A stretch of DNA of 64,000 nt, from assembly GCA_963769935.1 (NCBI GenBank), contig CAVYNY010000010.1, forward strand, positions 160,001 through 224,000, in the 5' to 3' direction. This stretch comes from an uncultured delta proteobacterium. Lineage in GTDB: Bacteria; Desulfobacterota; Desulfobacteria; Desulfobacterales; JAFDCJ01. The notes below the pieces were generated by a model. It had not been told where the DNA came from, did no database searches, and saw only the letters and a list, made by a program, of their open reading frames with translations. This document shows positions 48,561 to 58,409 of the stretch, piece by piece; the stretch's first letter is position 1, and each line of letters opens with the position of its first letter. A program made the position numbers and the translations under genes.

Positions 48561-50168
48561 TTAAAACGGGTCCACATAGCTCCAGGTCTCCGTTAGAATC
48601 TCTTCCCCTTGGCGGAGGAAGGCACGCAATTCAAGGGGCTTAGCATCGTTTGGCGTAACCAGGCCCAGGGCGCCTTCTTTCTTTTTAACCTGAAAAACCA
48701 AACGCCAGCCACCGGCAACACTATTTTTCATGAGGTGTTGCTCAATGACATCCGCGCCACCCGCCCCGATATCAGCTTCCACTTTTGTGTCATCAGAAAG
48801 CGTGCTAAGTTTTCCTCCGGTAAAGTCGATTAGGTACATTTTAACCTCTTTTTTCTCATCGACTGCAGTGCGTGTAGCCGCGACATGCGCCAAAGTCAGC
48901 CCGGCTATTTGCGGAGAGTCCCATTTCATTTGGTAGGACAAGGATATGGGATTTCCAGGTTTGGGCGTCTCCGCCGGGACCCAGTAAACAACGATGTTGT
49001 CATTTTTTTCGCTGTCCGTGGGAATCTGCACCAGTTCGACCCGACCCTGCCCCCAATCCTGGCCGGGTATAATCCAGGCGCAGGGGCGTATTTGATAATT
49101 CGTCTCCAGATCCTGATAATGATCGAAATCGTGATCCCGCTGCATGAGGCCAAAGCCTTTGGGATTGTTTAGCTGAAACGAGGTGACCAACAGTTTTTTA
49201 GGGTTAATCAAAGGTCGCCATATCCATTCTCCCGTGGCGGTAGCGATCTGAAGACCATCCGAGTCATGAACCTCGGGGCGGAAATCATCGACCGGCCTAA
49301 TATTCGTGTTTTCACCATAAAAAAACATGCTGGTCAAAGGGGCAATTCCAAGTTTTTGGACTTCCTTGCGAAAAAACAGCGTGGTAGTAACGTCAACCAG
49401 GGTTTCATTTCCCGGTTTGATCCCAAATTGGTAAGCTCCTGTCAGGGATGGACTGTCCAGCAAGGCGAAGATGGTTAAGGTCTCGGCTTTTTCCTCAGGT
49501 CGCACCAGCCAGAACTTTCTGAAATACGGGAATTCCTCACCCGATTTCAACGCCGTATCAATGGCCACCCCTCTGGCCGACAAACCAAAATGTTCTTTGC
49601 TTCCAACAGCTCGGAAATAGCTGGCCCCGAGAAAAACAACGACCTCATCGTAATACTTGCTGGTATTGATCGGGTGATGTATCCGAAACCCGGCAAAGCC
49701 GAGATCTTCGGGCACCTTGTCCTGGAATTCGTTGATTCCGTAATGGAACAGGTCGCGCGAAAAGGGTACTGGTTTAACCTCGCCGGATTCGATGACATTG
49801 ACATGCACAATGCAGTTATACAACGACCCTGGATGGAAGAATTGAACTTCGAAGGGCAGTTGGTCCTTTCGCCAAAGAGAGTCTTCCGGCTTGAAGCGGA
49901 TCCTTCGCCACTGATCATAGTCGAGCTTGGACAGAAACTCAGGGAGTTTTTGCGGCTCTTCGAATGACTTTTGAGCGAGGAGCCTGGCCTCTTCAACTAT
50001 GTCCTTGTATTCAAAGGAGTGGGCATTTGAAAATGCCGGCACCGTAAAAAGGCAAAAATATAAGGCCAGCTTCAGGGCACCCAATATCATTCTATATCGA
50101 GCATTTTTTGCTATTACAGTCGATAGAAAACACCGACGATCAATGTTATGCTTAGTTGTGATCGGCAC
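48561..50168 (-). CDS. opgG: Periplasmic glucan biosynthesis protein G (OpgG/OpgD family)
   Basis: LDYDQWRRIRF, FLGASYFRA, GLSARG, EEFP, DFRPEVHDSDG, DNIV and ETWSY. Confidence 0.93.
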   Translation of the reverse strand: MPITTKHNIDRRCFLSTVIAKNARYRMILGALKLALYFCLFTVPAFSNAHSFEYKDIVEEARLLAQKSFEEPQKLPEFLSKLDYDQWRRIRFKPEDSLWRKDQLPFEVQFFHPGSLYNCIVHVNVIESGEVKPVPFSRDLFHYGINEFQDKVPEDLGFAGFRIHHPINTSKYYDEVVVFLGASYFRAVGSKEHFGLSARGVAIDTALKSGEEFPYFRKFWLVRPEEKAETLTIFALLDSPSLTGAYQFGIKPGNETLVDVTTTLFFRKEVQKLGIAPLTSMFFYGENTNIRPVDDFRPEVHDSDGLQIATATGEWIWRPLINPKKLLVTSFQLNNPKGFGLMQRDHDFDHYQDLETNYQIRPCAWIIPGQDWGQGRVELVQIPTDSEKNDNIVVYWVPAETPKPGNPISLSYQMKWDSPQIAGLTLAHVAATRTAVDEKKEVKMYLIDFTGGKLSTLSDDTKVEADIGAGGADVIEQHLMKNSVAGGWRLVFQVKKKEGALGLVTPNDAKPLELRAFLRQGEEILTETWSYVDPF

Positions 50169-50511
50169 CTTAATTCCCTTCTTATTATGCTGGCGTTATA
50201 GCAGCATTCTCAATAACCCGGATAAAATAACCAATCCACACCCATCCACTGCATATAAATCCATTTCTTCGACTATAAGGACGAGAAGAAACTGCTGCAA
50301 TCCAATCTTAATCAAAAATATTGGATTGTTTGCTATCATAAACTACTCTTTACAAAAAAACAAATAGACAAAAATATGTATTTTGGCTTTTTTAAACCAT
50401 GAGCGACTATAGGGACAATCGAAACTGCATACCGGCCGTCTGGCGGCATAATTTCTTCTTAAGATTGGTCATCCGACGTGGAGGTGAAAAAAACAGTTTT
50501 TATTCTCAATG

Positions 50512-50592
50512 CAGATGGGCACAGAGGATATCATGATACATATCGTTGCCGGCGGATACCACTTCGCCGGGGTCGGCCCGATTTTATCCAAT
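50512..50592 (-). pseudogene. Possible degenerate HAD-hydrolase fragment
   Basis: Minus strand reads LDKIG/ADPGEVVSAGNDMYHDILCA across a frameshift, resembling the HAD motif IV G(N/D)-x4-DI. Confidence 0.35.
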
Positions 50593-50665
50593 CGTAGTAG
50601 AAGCAATCTTCTGCTTGGGGTTAAAGAAAATGATTTTGCAGCTGAAACCTTAGACCCGCTTCAAA

Positions 50666-53600
50666 TCATATCGTGCCAACCGGCAAGTCCATCAGATCGA
50701 TCAGCTCTTCACGGGTGAAGCTCTTCAGCAGCCCCGGGTCGTCCTCTTTGACCACGCTGTCCAGCAGCTTGCGTTTCCGGGCGATGAGGGCGGCGATCTT
50801 TTCCTCCAGAGTGCCTTCGGTCACCAGTTTGAAAACCTGCACCCCGCGCCGCTGGCCGATGCGATGCACGCGGTCGGTGGCCTGGTCTTCTCGGGCGGCA
50901 TTCCACCAGCGGTCATAATGGATGACCACCGAGGCGGCCACCAGGTCGATGCCGGTGCCGCCGGCTTTCAGGCTGCCGACATATACGCGGCAGTCGGGCG
51001 CCTCGTTGAAACACTCAATAAGGCTTCCCCGATTCCGGCTTTTGCCCGTCAGACAGACACAGCCCACTTTCAGCTCCCGCAAAAAAGCCTGGATGATATC
51101 GATCATGGCCAGATATTGGCTGTAAATCACTATCTTCTGGCCGCTGTCCAGGCTTTCGACCAGAAGCTCGCAGAAGAGGTCCCACTTGCCGGACCGGTAG
51201 CGGTCGTAATTCCCGGTATCCTTCTCAACCAGGGCCGGATGGTCGCAGATTTGCTTGAGCAGGTTCAGCAGGGCAAATATATGCATATAGGGCACGGGCT
51301 GGGCGTCGGATTGGAGAGCCTCCTTCAAATCGCGCCCGCGCTTTTCGACCGCATCCCGATACAGCTTGACCTGGTCGTCGCTGAGCCGGCAGGTGCGCAA
51401 ATCCTCTATTTTGGCCGGCAGCTCCGTGAGGACAGTTTGCTTGAGACGTCTGAGGGTAAACGGCGATACCAGGCGGCTGAGTTCCCGGCGGCTGGCGGCG
51501 TTTTGCTCCGCTTCGATGGGATTGACGTAGCGGCTGATGAAATCCGCGTCGGATCCCAGGTAACCCGGCGTAGTCAGGTCCAGCAGGGCCTTGAGTTCGG
51601 TGACCGTATTTTCGATGGGCGTCCCGGTGAGCCCCAGGTTCATTTGGGCGCGCACGGCTTTGGCGGCTTTATAAGTCCGGGTAGCGGAATTTTTGACGTA
51701 CTGGATCTCGTCAAACACGGCCAGGGTAAAGGAAACCTGTTTAATTTGATCGATATCGCGCAAAAGGATACCGTAGGAGGTCAGGACGGTGTTGTACTGC
51801 GCAAGCAGGCCGTCAAGATCCCGCTCTCCGCCGTGGTAGACGCCGGGCTTCAAGGCCGGGGCGTGTTCGGCAATTTTTTTCTGCCAGTGGCTGATCACCG
51901 TGGTGGGGCAGACCACCAGGAAAGGACCGGTTGCCGCATTCTGCAGCTGCAGGGCCGTCATCAGCGCCATGACCTGGTGGGTCTTGCCCAGCCCCATATC
52001 GTCGCAGAGCAGTCCGCCGAGACCATTTTCAAACAAAAACCAAAGCCACTCAACGCCCCGGACCTGGTAAGTCCGCAGCGACGTGACCTTGTCTTTTAAA
52101 TCCGGCAGGGCGGCCGCCGCCTTAAGATCGAGAAAATCCTGCAACTCAGCCGCACGCCGGCTGTCGCCTTCAATATGCAGGTCCTGTCCTTCAGCCGCAG
52201 TTAGTCGCAGCAGCTCGGTCCGGTGCAGCCGGATGCTCTGGCCGTCGCCGGCCGGCTCCGGGCCGGTTCGGTCTTTCAGCAGCTGATCCAGGATTTCGAA
52301 CTGCGGACTGTTGCAATCCACCCAACCCTCATCCGTGGCCACGTAGCGCTGTTTGGCCCGGCGGGCTTTCAGAATTTCCGCCAGCGCGATTGATTGATTG
52401 CCGGCCCCATAGCTGACCGACAGCCACAGCCAGTCGCGCTCCAGGACCCGCGGTGTGATTTCAAGCCGCTCGAATTTTTTCAGAATTTTAAGCCGTCGAA
52501 TGCTTTCGTCGACCTGGAAAGTGGTGCTTTCCAGATCAGCCGCGTGGGTATCCAGGAAGGCGGGTACCTGGCTTTTTTTAATGACGGTTTTAACCGGATC
52601 GCGAAACGATTTGGGCGGGGGCTCCGGGTAGCGGTCTTCCGCCAGAAGATTCAATTCCTTGATATAGTAGATATCCCCGTATTGATAACGTTTGAGATCT
52701 TCCCGTTGAAAAAATTTTGCCTCGCCGTTTTTCTGGATCAACCGCAGCAGGGGACTAATTTCAAGGTCCAGTTTAGCCGTGAGTTTGACATCGAAAATCG
52801 CATCCAAGTGAATAGGGCGGATGGCCAGCCCATGCTGGTTGGAGAGCATCCCGTCGCATTCCTGCAGCAGCCGCTTGACCCGACTGCGAGGAATTTCCAA
52901 TTTGAACACTTCCTTATCCTGCGGCGTGATTCCGGCAACCATGAAGGCCCCGCTGGATTCTTCGACCGCCGGCTGAAGGGTGCAGCCTTTTGAGCCGAAC
53001 TCCCGAAAGCAGTGGTAGGCAAATTTGTACCAGAAGGTTTCCTCCAGCACCTGGCGCCGGGTTTTAAGCCCGCGGTCCATCAGCACGCTTTCATTCTCCG
53101 TCAGGGTCAACAGGGAAAGCTGGCGGATAACTTCGCCCCGCGTGGGCACGGCGGCGTCCGCCGGCGGCTGGGTGCAGCGCTCCAGAAACCGCGCCCGGTC
53201 AAGTTCCCCTGAAATATAGGTCAGAAGTGTTCGGTTGCTGCTGCCGATGATCCTGACGCTGCTGCGGCCGTCGGATTTCAAGGCCGTCAGACGGATGGTG
53301 GCCGGGGTTTCGCGTTCTTCATCGGCCAGCACCGCCGCCAGGCGGTGCCAGAGTCCGGACTGGAAAGAATCATAAAAGGAGCGGCCGGCCGATGCATTCT
53401 GCCAGGCAGCCAGCACCCGTGAAAGCTCTTTCTGATGGGCGCAGGTGGCAGGGCCGGACGTTCGGCAGCTGCAAAACTGCTGAGACACCTTTTTGGGACC
53501 GCCGTCAACCTGAAAGGCAATCCCCGGCCGCCGGTCGGCCGGATCCGGCATCAGGGCCACCGCGTTGCGGTGAAATTCGAGCCGGGAAAAGTCCGCTGCT

Positions 53601-53680
53601 GGTGCAGCCGACTCTGCAGCAGCCGCTTTTTTCAAGGATCGGCGCTTGGCCTTGGCTTTTGGCTCTAATCGTTTCGTCAT
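50666..53680 (-). CDS. SNF2-family helicase with N-terminal SWIM-like zinc finger
   Basis: CSC...CAH, DDMGLGKT, DEIQ, LTGTPIEN, SLKAGGTG and WWN...QATDRVHRIGQ. Confidence 0.93.
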   Translation of the reverse strand: MTKRLEPKAKAKRRSLKKAAAAESAAPAADFSRLEFHRNAVALMPDPADRRPGIAFQVDGGPKKVSQQFCSCRTSGPATCAHQKELSRVLAAWQNASAGRSFYDSFQSGLWHRLAAVLADEERETPATIRLTALKSDGRSSVRIIGSSNRTLLTYISGELDRARFLERCTQPPADAAVPTRGEVIRQLSLLTLTENESVLMDRGLKTRRQVLEETFWYKFAYHCFREFGSKGCTLQPAVEESSGAFMVAGITPQDKEVFKLEIPRSRVKRLLQECDGMLSNQHGLAIRPIHLDAIFDVKLTAKLDLEISPLLRLIQKNGEAKFFQREDLKRYQYGDIYYIKELNLLAEDRYPEPPPKSFRDPVKTVIKKSQVPAFLDTHAADLESTTFQVDESIRRLKILKKFERLEITPRVLERDWLWLSVSYGAGNQSIALAEILKARRAKQRYVATDEGWVDCNSPQFEILDQLLKDRTGPEPAGDGQSIRLHRTELLRLTAAEGQDLHIEGDSRRAAELQDFLDLKAAAALPDLKDKVTSLRTYQVRGVEWLWFLFENGLGGLLCDDMGLGKTHQVMALMTALQLQNAATGPFLVVCPTTVISHWQKKIAEHAPALKPGVYHGGERDLDGLLAQYNTVLTSYGILLRDIDQIKQVSFTLAVFDEIQYVKNSATRTYKAAKAVRAQMNLGLTGTPIENTVTELKALLDLTTPGYLGSDADFISRYVNPIEAEQNAASRRELSRLVSPFTLRRLKQTVLTELPAKIEDLRTCRLSDDQVKLYRDAVEKRGRDLKEALQSDAQPVPYMHIFALLNLLKQICDHPALVEKDTGNYDRYRSGKWDLFCELLVESLDSGQKIVIYSQYLAMIDIIQAFLRELKVGCVCLTGKSRNRGSLIECFNEAPDCRVYVGSLKAGGTGIDLVAASVVIHYDRWWNAAREDQATDRVHRIGQRRGVQVFKLVTEGTLEEKIAALIARKRKLLDSVVKEDDPGLLKSFTREELIDLMDLPVGTI

Positions 53681-53965
53681 AATATTAAAATCCTATTACC
53701 GGCAATTTTAAACGGGTTTGAAACGGTAGTGGCTTCAACAGATAACTGCATAGGTTGCATCTGTCAAGGGGGCAGAAAATAGATTGCATACCCGCCCATG
53801 TTCCTATAAGTCATCTTAAGTAACCATCCAAGAATCAAAAGAAGAGTTGCCGAAAAGTCTCGAAAGTCTCAGTCCTGGGGTACTGAAGTGAGGGAATATG
53901 GGCGTATTGGAAAAAAAAAGCAATTTATACCGCCAACGCCAAACTGGAGAATGTTAAAGCGATGG

Positions 53966-54035
53966 TGGCCGTCGCGCTGGGGTATAGAGCATAGAGCACA
54001 AAGCGCATAGAGCATAGGGATCATGGCCGTCGCGC
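53966..54035. repeat. ATAGAGC heptamer run flanked by 12-bp direct repeats
   Basis: TGGCCGTCGCGC at 53966-53977 and 54024-54035, enclosing ATAGAGC units at 53984-54018. Confidence 0.65.
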
Positions 54036-54112
54036 AGGAATAGCAACATGAAATCAAATACTCTTTTCAGCTTAACAGCTCAGGAGCTTATCAACTAATT
54101 AGCTATAAGCTT

Positions 54113-54853
54113 TCAAAATTTGATCCATCTGGGTGCCGGCTGCACCCATCGATTCGTACCGCCGTCGTAAAACCACTTGTCGGGAAAACCGCGCCGCAGG
54201 ATAAATATGGGATTTTCCGACCATTTGATAATCTGCTCATAAGCTTCATGAATCTTTCTGAAGACCGTCGCATTGCCGCCCAGATCGGGATGATGCTGCA
54301 TTGCCTGTTTGCGGTAGGCCGACTTTATTTTTCTTTGAAGTTCCGGCGAATTCAGATCGGATTTTTTTAGTTTTAAAAACGTCAGGGATTTTGAAAGTCG
54401 GGCCGGTTCTCTTACCGTCATGGGCCTGATGGGTACCGAATCGGCACTTTTGCTCTCGGCCTTTTCGAGCAAAAACTGCGTGGCACGATAGCGTTTGTTG
54501 GTGCGGTTTCTTTCAGCCCACCACGCATTTCCCAGGATATTGGACAAGACACTATAGTCTTCAACCGGTTTTCGGCCATGGGTCCGCGGGTAAAGATAAC
54601 TGAACAGGTCTCCGGACCCATACGGCAGAACGTCCAGAATGATCACGGAATCGGTAAAATAAAATGTGGCATACCTTGTATTCAACGCTTTGAGCAGGCC
54701 GGTTCTCAGGTTCAAATGGTAGCGCAGCTTCTGTCGACAATCGATATTGCAATACCTGCGCCGCGTCATGTTTTCAGACGTACCGCATGACAGACAGCGA
54801 TTTGTTTTCGAACCGGTCGAATAAATGATTTGATTTTTAATGGCGGAATCCAT
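54113..54853 (-). CDS. J-domain protein with N-terminal Cys finger
   Basis: CLSC...YCNIDC and YRKQAMQHHPDLGG...IHEAY. Confidence 0.85.
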   Translation of the reverse strand: MDSAIKNQIIYSTGSKTNRCLSCGTSENMTRRRYCNIDCRQKLRYHLNLRTGLLKALNTRYATFYFTDSVIILDVLPYGSGDLFSYLYPRTHGRKPVEDYSVLSNILGNAWWAERNRTNKRYRATQFLLEKAESKSADSVPIRPMTVREPARLSKSLTFLKLKKSDLNSPELQRKIKSAYRKQAMQHHPDLGGNATVFRKIHEAYEQIIKWSENPIFILRRGFPDKWFYDGGTNRWVQPAPRWIKF

Positions 54854-55014
54854 AGGTATAAAAATTCGTTCTTTTTTGAGAGATCACATCATATCATGGT
54901 TGGGTTCGCAAGGTCAAAGGGCAACCGGCCTCATTTTGACCTTCTTTATGCTTGCCAAATTTGATAACAAAAAATAATATAAGGTAAATTTCGGCTATTG
55001 GAGGAGGAAAACAA

Positions 55015-56499
55015 ATGAAAAAAACCGCTTTGGCATATAAATCCATGCTTATTCGCATCCTGCTGTCCCTTGCTCTAATATCTTTGCTGGGCTGCGCCGG
55101 GCACCAGCTGGAAGTGGAACCGATTTCCAAATCAGAAAACCCCCAGGAATTGATAAACCAACTGGACAATGATATTGCGCTGGCGCGCAAAAATCAGATC
55201 AATGTGCTGGCACCCACCTGGTTTGAAAGAGCAGATTCTTCTCTCAAAACGGCCAAACAAGGCCTGGAAAAAGGTGATCAGCTTTCGAAAATTCTTGATA
55301 ATATCGCAACCGGTCGAGCTCAGCTTCACCGTGCCGAAGAAATCGCCAAAGTCGCGCAAACCACGCTGCCGAATGCCATCAAAGCCCGCGATATGGCCCG
55401 GGAAGCCGGTGCGACAAATCTGGGCCAAGAATATGCCGATGCCGAGGAGAGATTTATCGGCCTCACCCGGGCCATTGAAGACAACAATCTGAATTACGCC
55501 CAACGCAATCAGGCCAGCGTGGTTGAAAATTTCAGGGTCGTCGAATTGCGGGCCATTAAGATCCAGACCATCGGCGAAGTCCGCCGGTTGATAGAGTCGG
55601 CCCGGAAACAGGGCATGCAAAAAATTGCGCCGCAGTCCTACGCCCTGGCCCAGCAGAAACTGGCCGAGGCAGATGCTTTTATCACCCAAAATCCTTACCA
55701 GAAAGAAAAAATGCATCAACTGGCTGCCGAGGCGCTTTTCATAGCCCAGCGGCTGCACATTGTCGCCCAACAAAGTGTGAAATTGGAAGACATGGAGCCC
55801 GAACAGATCACCCTTTGGGCGGAAGGGATGTTGTACCAGGTTTCCGAAAATCTCGGCGCTCAGGACATGCGCAATCAGCCCTTTAACAGACAGCTTGAAA
55901 ATATACTCGCCACCGTGTCCGCGCAACATGCCGATCATGATTTCATGGTCGAAAACAACAAAAAACAGCAGAGCGAAATCGAAACTCTGCAGCAGCAGGT
56001 TGCCGGCCTGGAAGGTCAATCCCTCAAGGAACATCAGGAAAAAGAGCGGCTGCTGGCCGACAAGCGATTTAATGAAAAACTCGGCAGCATCCAGCACTTT
56101 TTCAAACCCAACGAGGCCGAGGTTTACAAAAAAGAAAATCAGGTCATTATCCGGTTGAAGGCCATGCAGTTTCCTGTGGGGCAGAGCGTCATTATGCCGG
56201 AAAATTACGAACTGTTGAGCAAGGTTCAGCGTGCCATACGAACTTTCGGCGAACCGGAGGTCATCATCGGAGGCCATACGGACAGCACCGGCTCGGAAGA
56301 TTTAAACGAGCACCTGTCGCAGAAGCGGGCGGATGCCGTGCGGCAATATTTCGTAGCGAACGGAACCCTGCCGTATGAGAAGATCATCGCCGTCGGTTAC
56401 GGATCCATGCGCCCGCTGGCTTCCAATGCCACGGAAAGCGGACGCGCAATAAACCGGCGCATCGATGTCATTATTACGCCGGAAGTCAAACAGAATTAA
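55015..56499 (+). CDS. OmpA-domain lipoprotein with long helical N-terminus
   Basis: Lipobox LLG-C; GHTDSTG, LSQKRADAV and GYG...P...N...GRAINRRID. Confidence 0.9.
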   Translation: MKKTALAYKSMLIRILLSLALISLLGCAGHQLEVEPISKSENPQELINQLDNDIALARKNQINVLAPTWFERADSSLKTAKQGLEKGDQLSKILDNIATGRAQLHRAEEIAKVAQTTLPNAIKARDMAREAGATNLGQEYADAEERFIGLTRAIEDNNLNYAQRNQASVVENFRVVELRAIKIQTIGEVRRLIESARKQGMQKIAPQSYALAQQKLAEADAFITQNPYQKEKMHQLAAEALFIAQRLHIVAQQSVKLEDMEPEQITLWAEGMLYQVSENLGAQDMRNQPFNRQLENILATVSAQHADHDFMVENNKKQQSEIETLQQQVAGLEGQSLKEHQEKERLLADKRFNEKLGSIQHFFKPNEAEVYKKENQVIIRLKAMQFPVGQSVIMPENYELLSKVQRAIRTFGEPEVIIGGHTDSTGSEDLNEHLSQKRADAVRQYFVANGTLPYEKIIAVGYGSMRPLASNATESGRAINRRIDVIITPEVKQN

Positions 56500-56513
56500 T
56501 AAGATGGCTTGTG

Positions 56514-56620
56514 ATCTAAATTGTCTAAAATGCCTAAAATTAAGGAAAAGCTGCGCTCGATCTCTTTTTAAAGATTGACAGCATGCCAAAATTTTAGCTC
56601 ATTTTAGTTCATTTCAGATT
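56514..56620. repeat. Intergenic TGCCTAAAAT-type repeat element
   Basis: CTAAA(A/T)TG units and reverse ATTTTAG units. Same family at ~26100-26123 and ~63768-63812. Confidence 0.55.
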
Positions 56621-56661
56621 TTTGATCATTTTCTCAAGTAAAATCTGGAGGTCGGATTACT

Positions 56662-58263
56662 GTGGACATTATCTTTTACAACGGCAGGATCAACACTCTG
56701 AATGAATCCTCAAAAGTCTGCACCGCAGTAGGCGCTGCCAACGGCATTGTCGCCGCCTTGGGCTCCGACGCAGAATTGCACCGGTTGATGGGAGCCAAAA
56801 CCGAAACGGTTGATTTGAAGGGGGCTGTTATGTTCCCGGGGTTCATGGAAGCCCACAATCATCTGATGATTTACGCGTATTTGATTGACGGGATCGATCT
56901 GTCGGCCGCCAGAGCCGCCCGAATGGATGACATTCTCAGCCTGGTAAAATCAGAAACTGAAAAACATCCGCCCGGCACCTGGATCAAAGGATCCCGTTAT
57001 GCCGAATACTTCTTAGCCGAGAACAGACACCCGACCCGCCGGGACCTGGATCAGGTCAGTCCGCAACACCCGGTGGTTATCTATCACACATCGTTTCATG
57101 CCTGCGTTCTAAACAGTCTTGGGTTAAAGATCCTGGGCATCGACCGTGAGACCGAATCCCCGCCGGGCGGCATCATTGAAAAAGATCCCGCCGACGGAGA
57201 GCCCAGCGGCGTGCTGCACGATAATGCCATGACGAGTGTATTCAACACGCTGTTTTTTGACGATCTGGCAGCCATGACCCGGCAGCAGCGCGTCGCGCTT
57301 TGCAGCGCAGCCACGCAATCATTTGCCGGTCAGGGTTTGGTGTTTGCAGCCGATGCCATGGTAACCCCGCAGACGCTGGAGATATATCAGGATACCCGGG
57401 CGGCCGGTCAGCTTAACATTCGAATTTACACCATGAACCACGACATCATGGCCGAATCGCTGGTCGACGCGCGCATCAAGACCGGATTCGGATGCCCGCA
57501 GCTGCGTATCGGTCCCATTAAAATCTTTGCCGACGGCGGCATGTCCAACCGCACGGCAGCCGTCGGCCAACCCTATTTGACACCACCCTACGGCCAGGGG
57601 CTTAAAATTCAAAGCCCGGAGGAGTTGATCACAACCGTCAAAAGGTATCACGAACTGGGTTATCAGATCGCCATTCACGCCCAGGGTGATGCCGGTATCG
57701 GTGATACGCTGGATGCCTTTGAAGCTGTCTTGGGTCCCCGATCCGGCAATCCCCAGCGGCACCGGATCGAACACGGCGGCTGCCTTTATCCCGATCTGTT
57801 GAAACGGGCGGCGGCGATGAACATCGCGGTCGCCGTCCAGCCTGTTTTTTTCAGTGAGCTGGGAGACGGTTTTCTGGAAGCATTCGGGGTCGATCTGGCC
57901 CAAAAGCTGTATCCCTTCAAAAGCATGCTTGCGGCCGGCATCAAAATCGGCGGCAGCTCGGACTGTCCGGTCTGCAATCCGGATCCCCGGCTCGGGCTGC
58001 GGGATGCCGTATTGCGGCGGTCGCCGTCGGGTGAAGTCATCGGGAACCGGGAAGCGCTTACCATGGATGAGGCCATCGGCCTGTATACGCAGGGCGCCGC
58101 CTACCTTTCATTCGACGAAAACCACAACGGAAGCATCGCGCCGGGCAAACGGGCGGACTTCACGGTAATGGCCGCTGACCCTCGCGCGGTTAAACCGGAA
58201 GAGGTGCCGGAAATTCCCTTTACCATGACGGTCGTGGACGGAAAAATTGTATGGCCGGCGTAA
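56662..58263 (+). CDS. Amidohydrolase-3 (YtcJ-like) metal-dependent hydrolase
   Basis: PGFMEAHNH, IKIFADG, IHAQGD, HRIEH, GSSDCP and GSIAPGKRADF. Confidence 0.92.
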   Translation: MDIIFYNGRINTLNESSKVCTAVGAANGIVAALGSDAELHRLMGAKTETVDLKGAVMFPGFMEAHNHLMIYAYLIDGIDLSAARAARMDDILSLVKSETEKHPPGTWIKGSRYAEYFLAENRHPTRRDLDQVSPQHPVVIYHTSFHACVLNSLGLKILGIDRETESPPGGIIEKDPADGEPSGVLHDNAMTSVFNTLFFDDLAAMTRQQRVALCSAATQSFAGQGLVFAADAMVTPQTLEIYQDTRAAGQLNIRIYTMNHDIMAESLVDARIKTGFGCPQLRIGPIKIFADGGMSNRTAAVGQPYLTPPYGQGLKIQSPEELITTVKRYHELGYQIAIHAQGDAGIGDTLDAFEAVLGPRSGNPQRHRIEHGGCLYPDLLKRAAAMNIAVAVQPVFFSELGDGFLEAFGVDLAQKLYPFKSMLAAGIKIGGSSDCPVCNPDPRLGLRDAVLRRSPSGEVIGNREALTMDEAIGLYTQGAAYLSFDENHNGSIAPGKRADFTVMAADPRAVKPEEVPEIPFTMTVVDGKIVWPA

Positions 58264-58409
58264 GGCAGGCTGAAAATTCCGGATTCCCGGCCGGCCGGCG
58301 ATGGCGCAGCGGCCGGAATGTTGTTATTTTTTATACAAAATAAAAGAGGTTGCGGATCGTTTAAGCAACAAGTCTAAAATCCCCCTTTTTGCTCTGCAAG
58401 GTAACAGCG

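Noticed and set aside
50666..54853. SNF2 plus J-domain genes as an anti-phage defence system
   Set aside because: No methylase, nuclease or other defence partner is adjacent. SWIM-SNF2 proteins are common chromosomal genes.
50864..56277. Long antisense ORFs (50864-52099, 55132-56277) and similar ones elsewhere
   Set aside because: They lie opposite well-supported genes and have no recognisable motifs.
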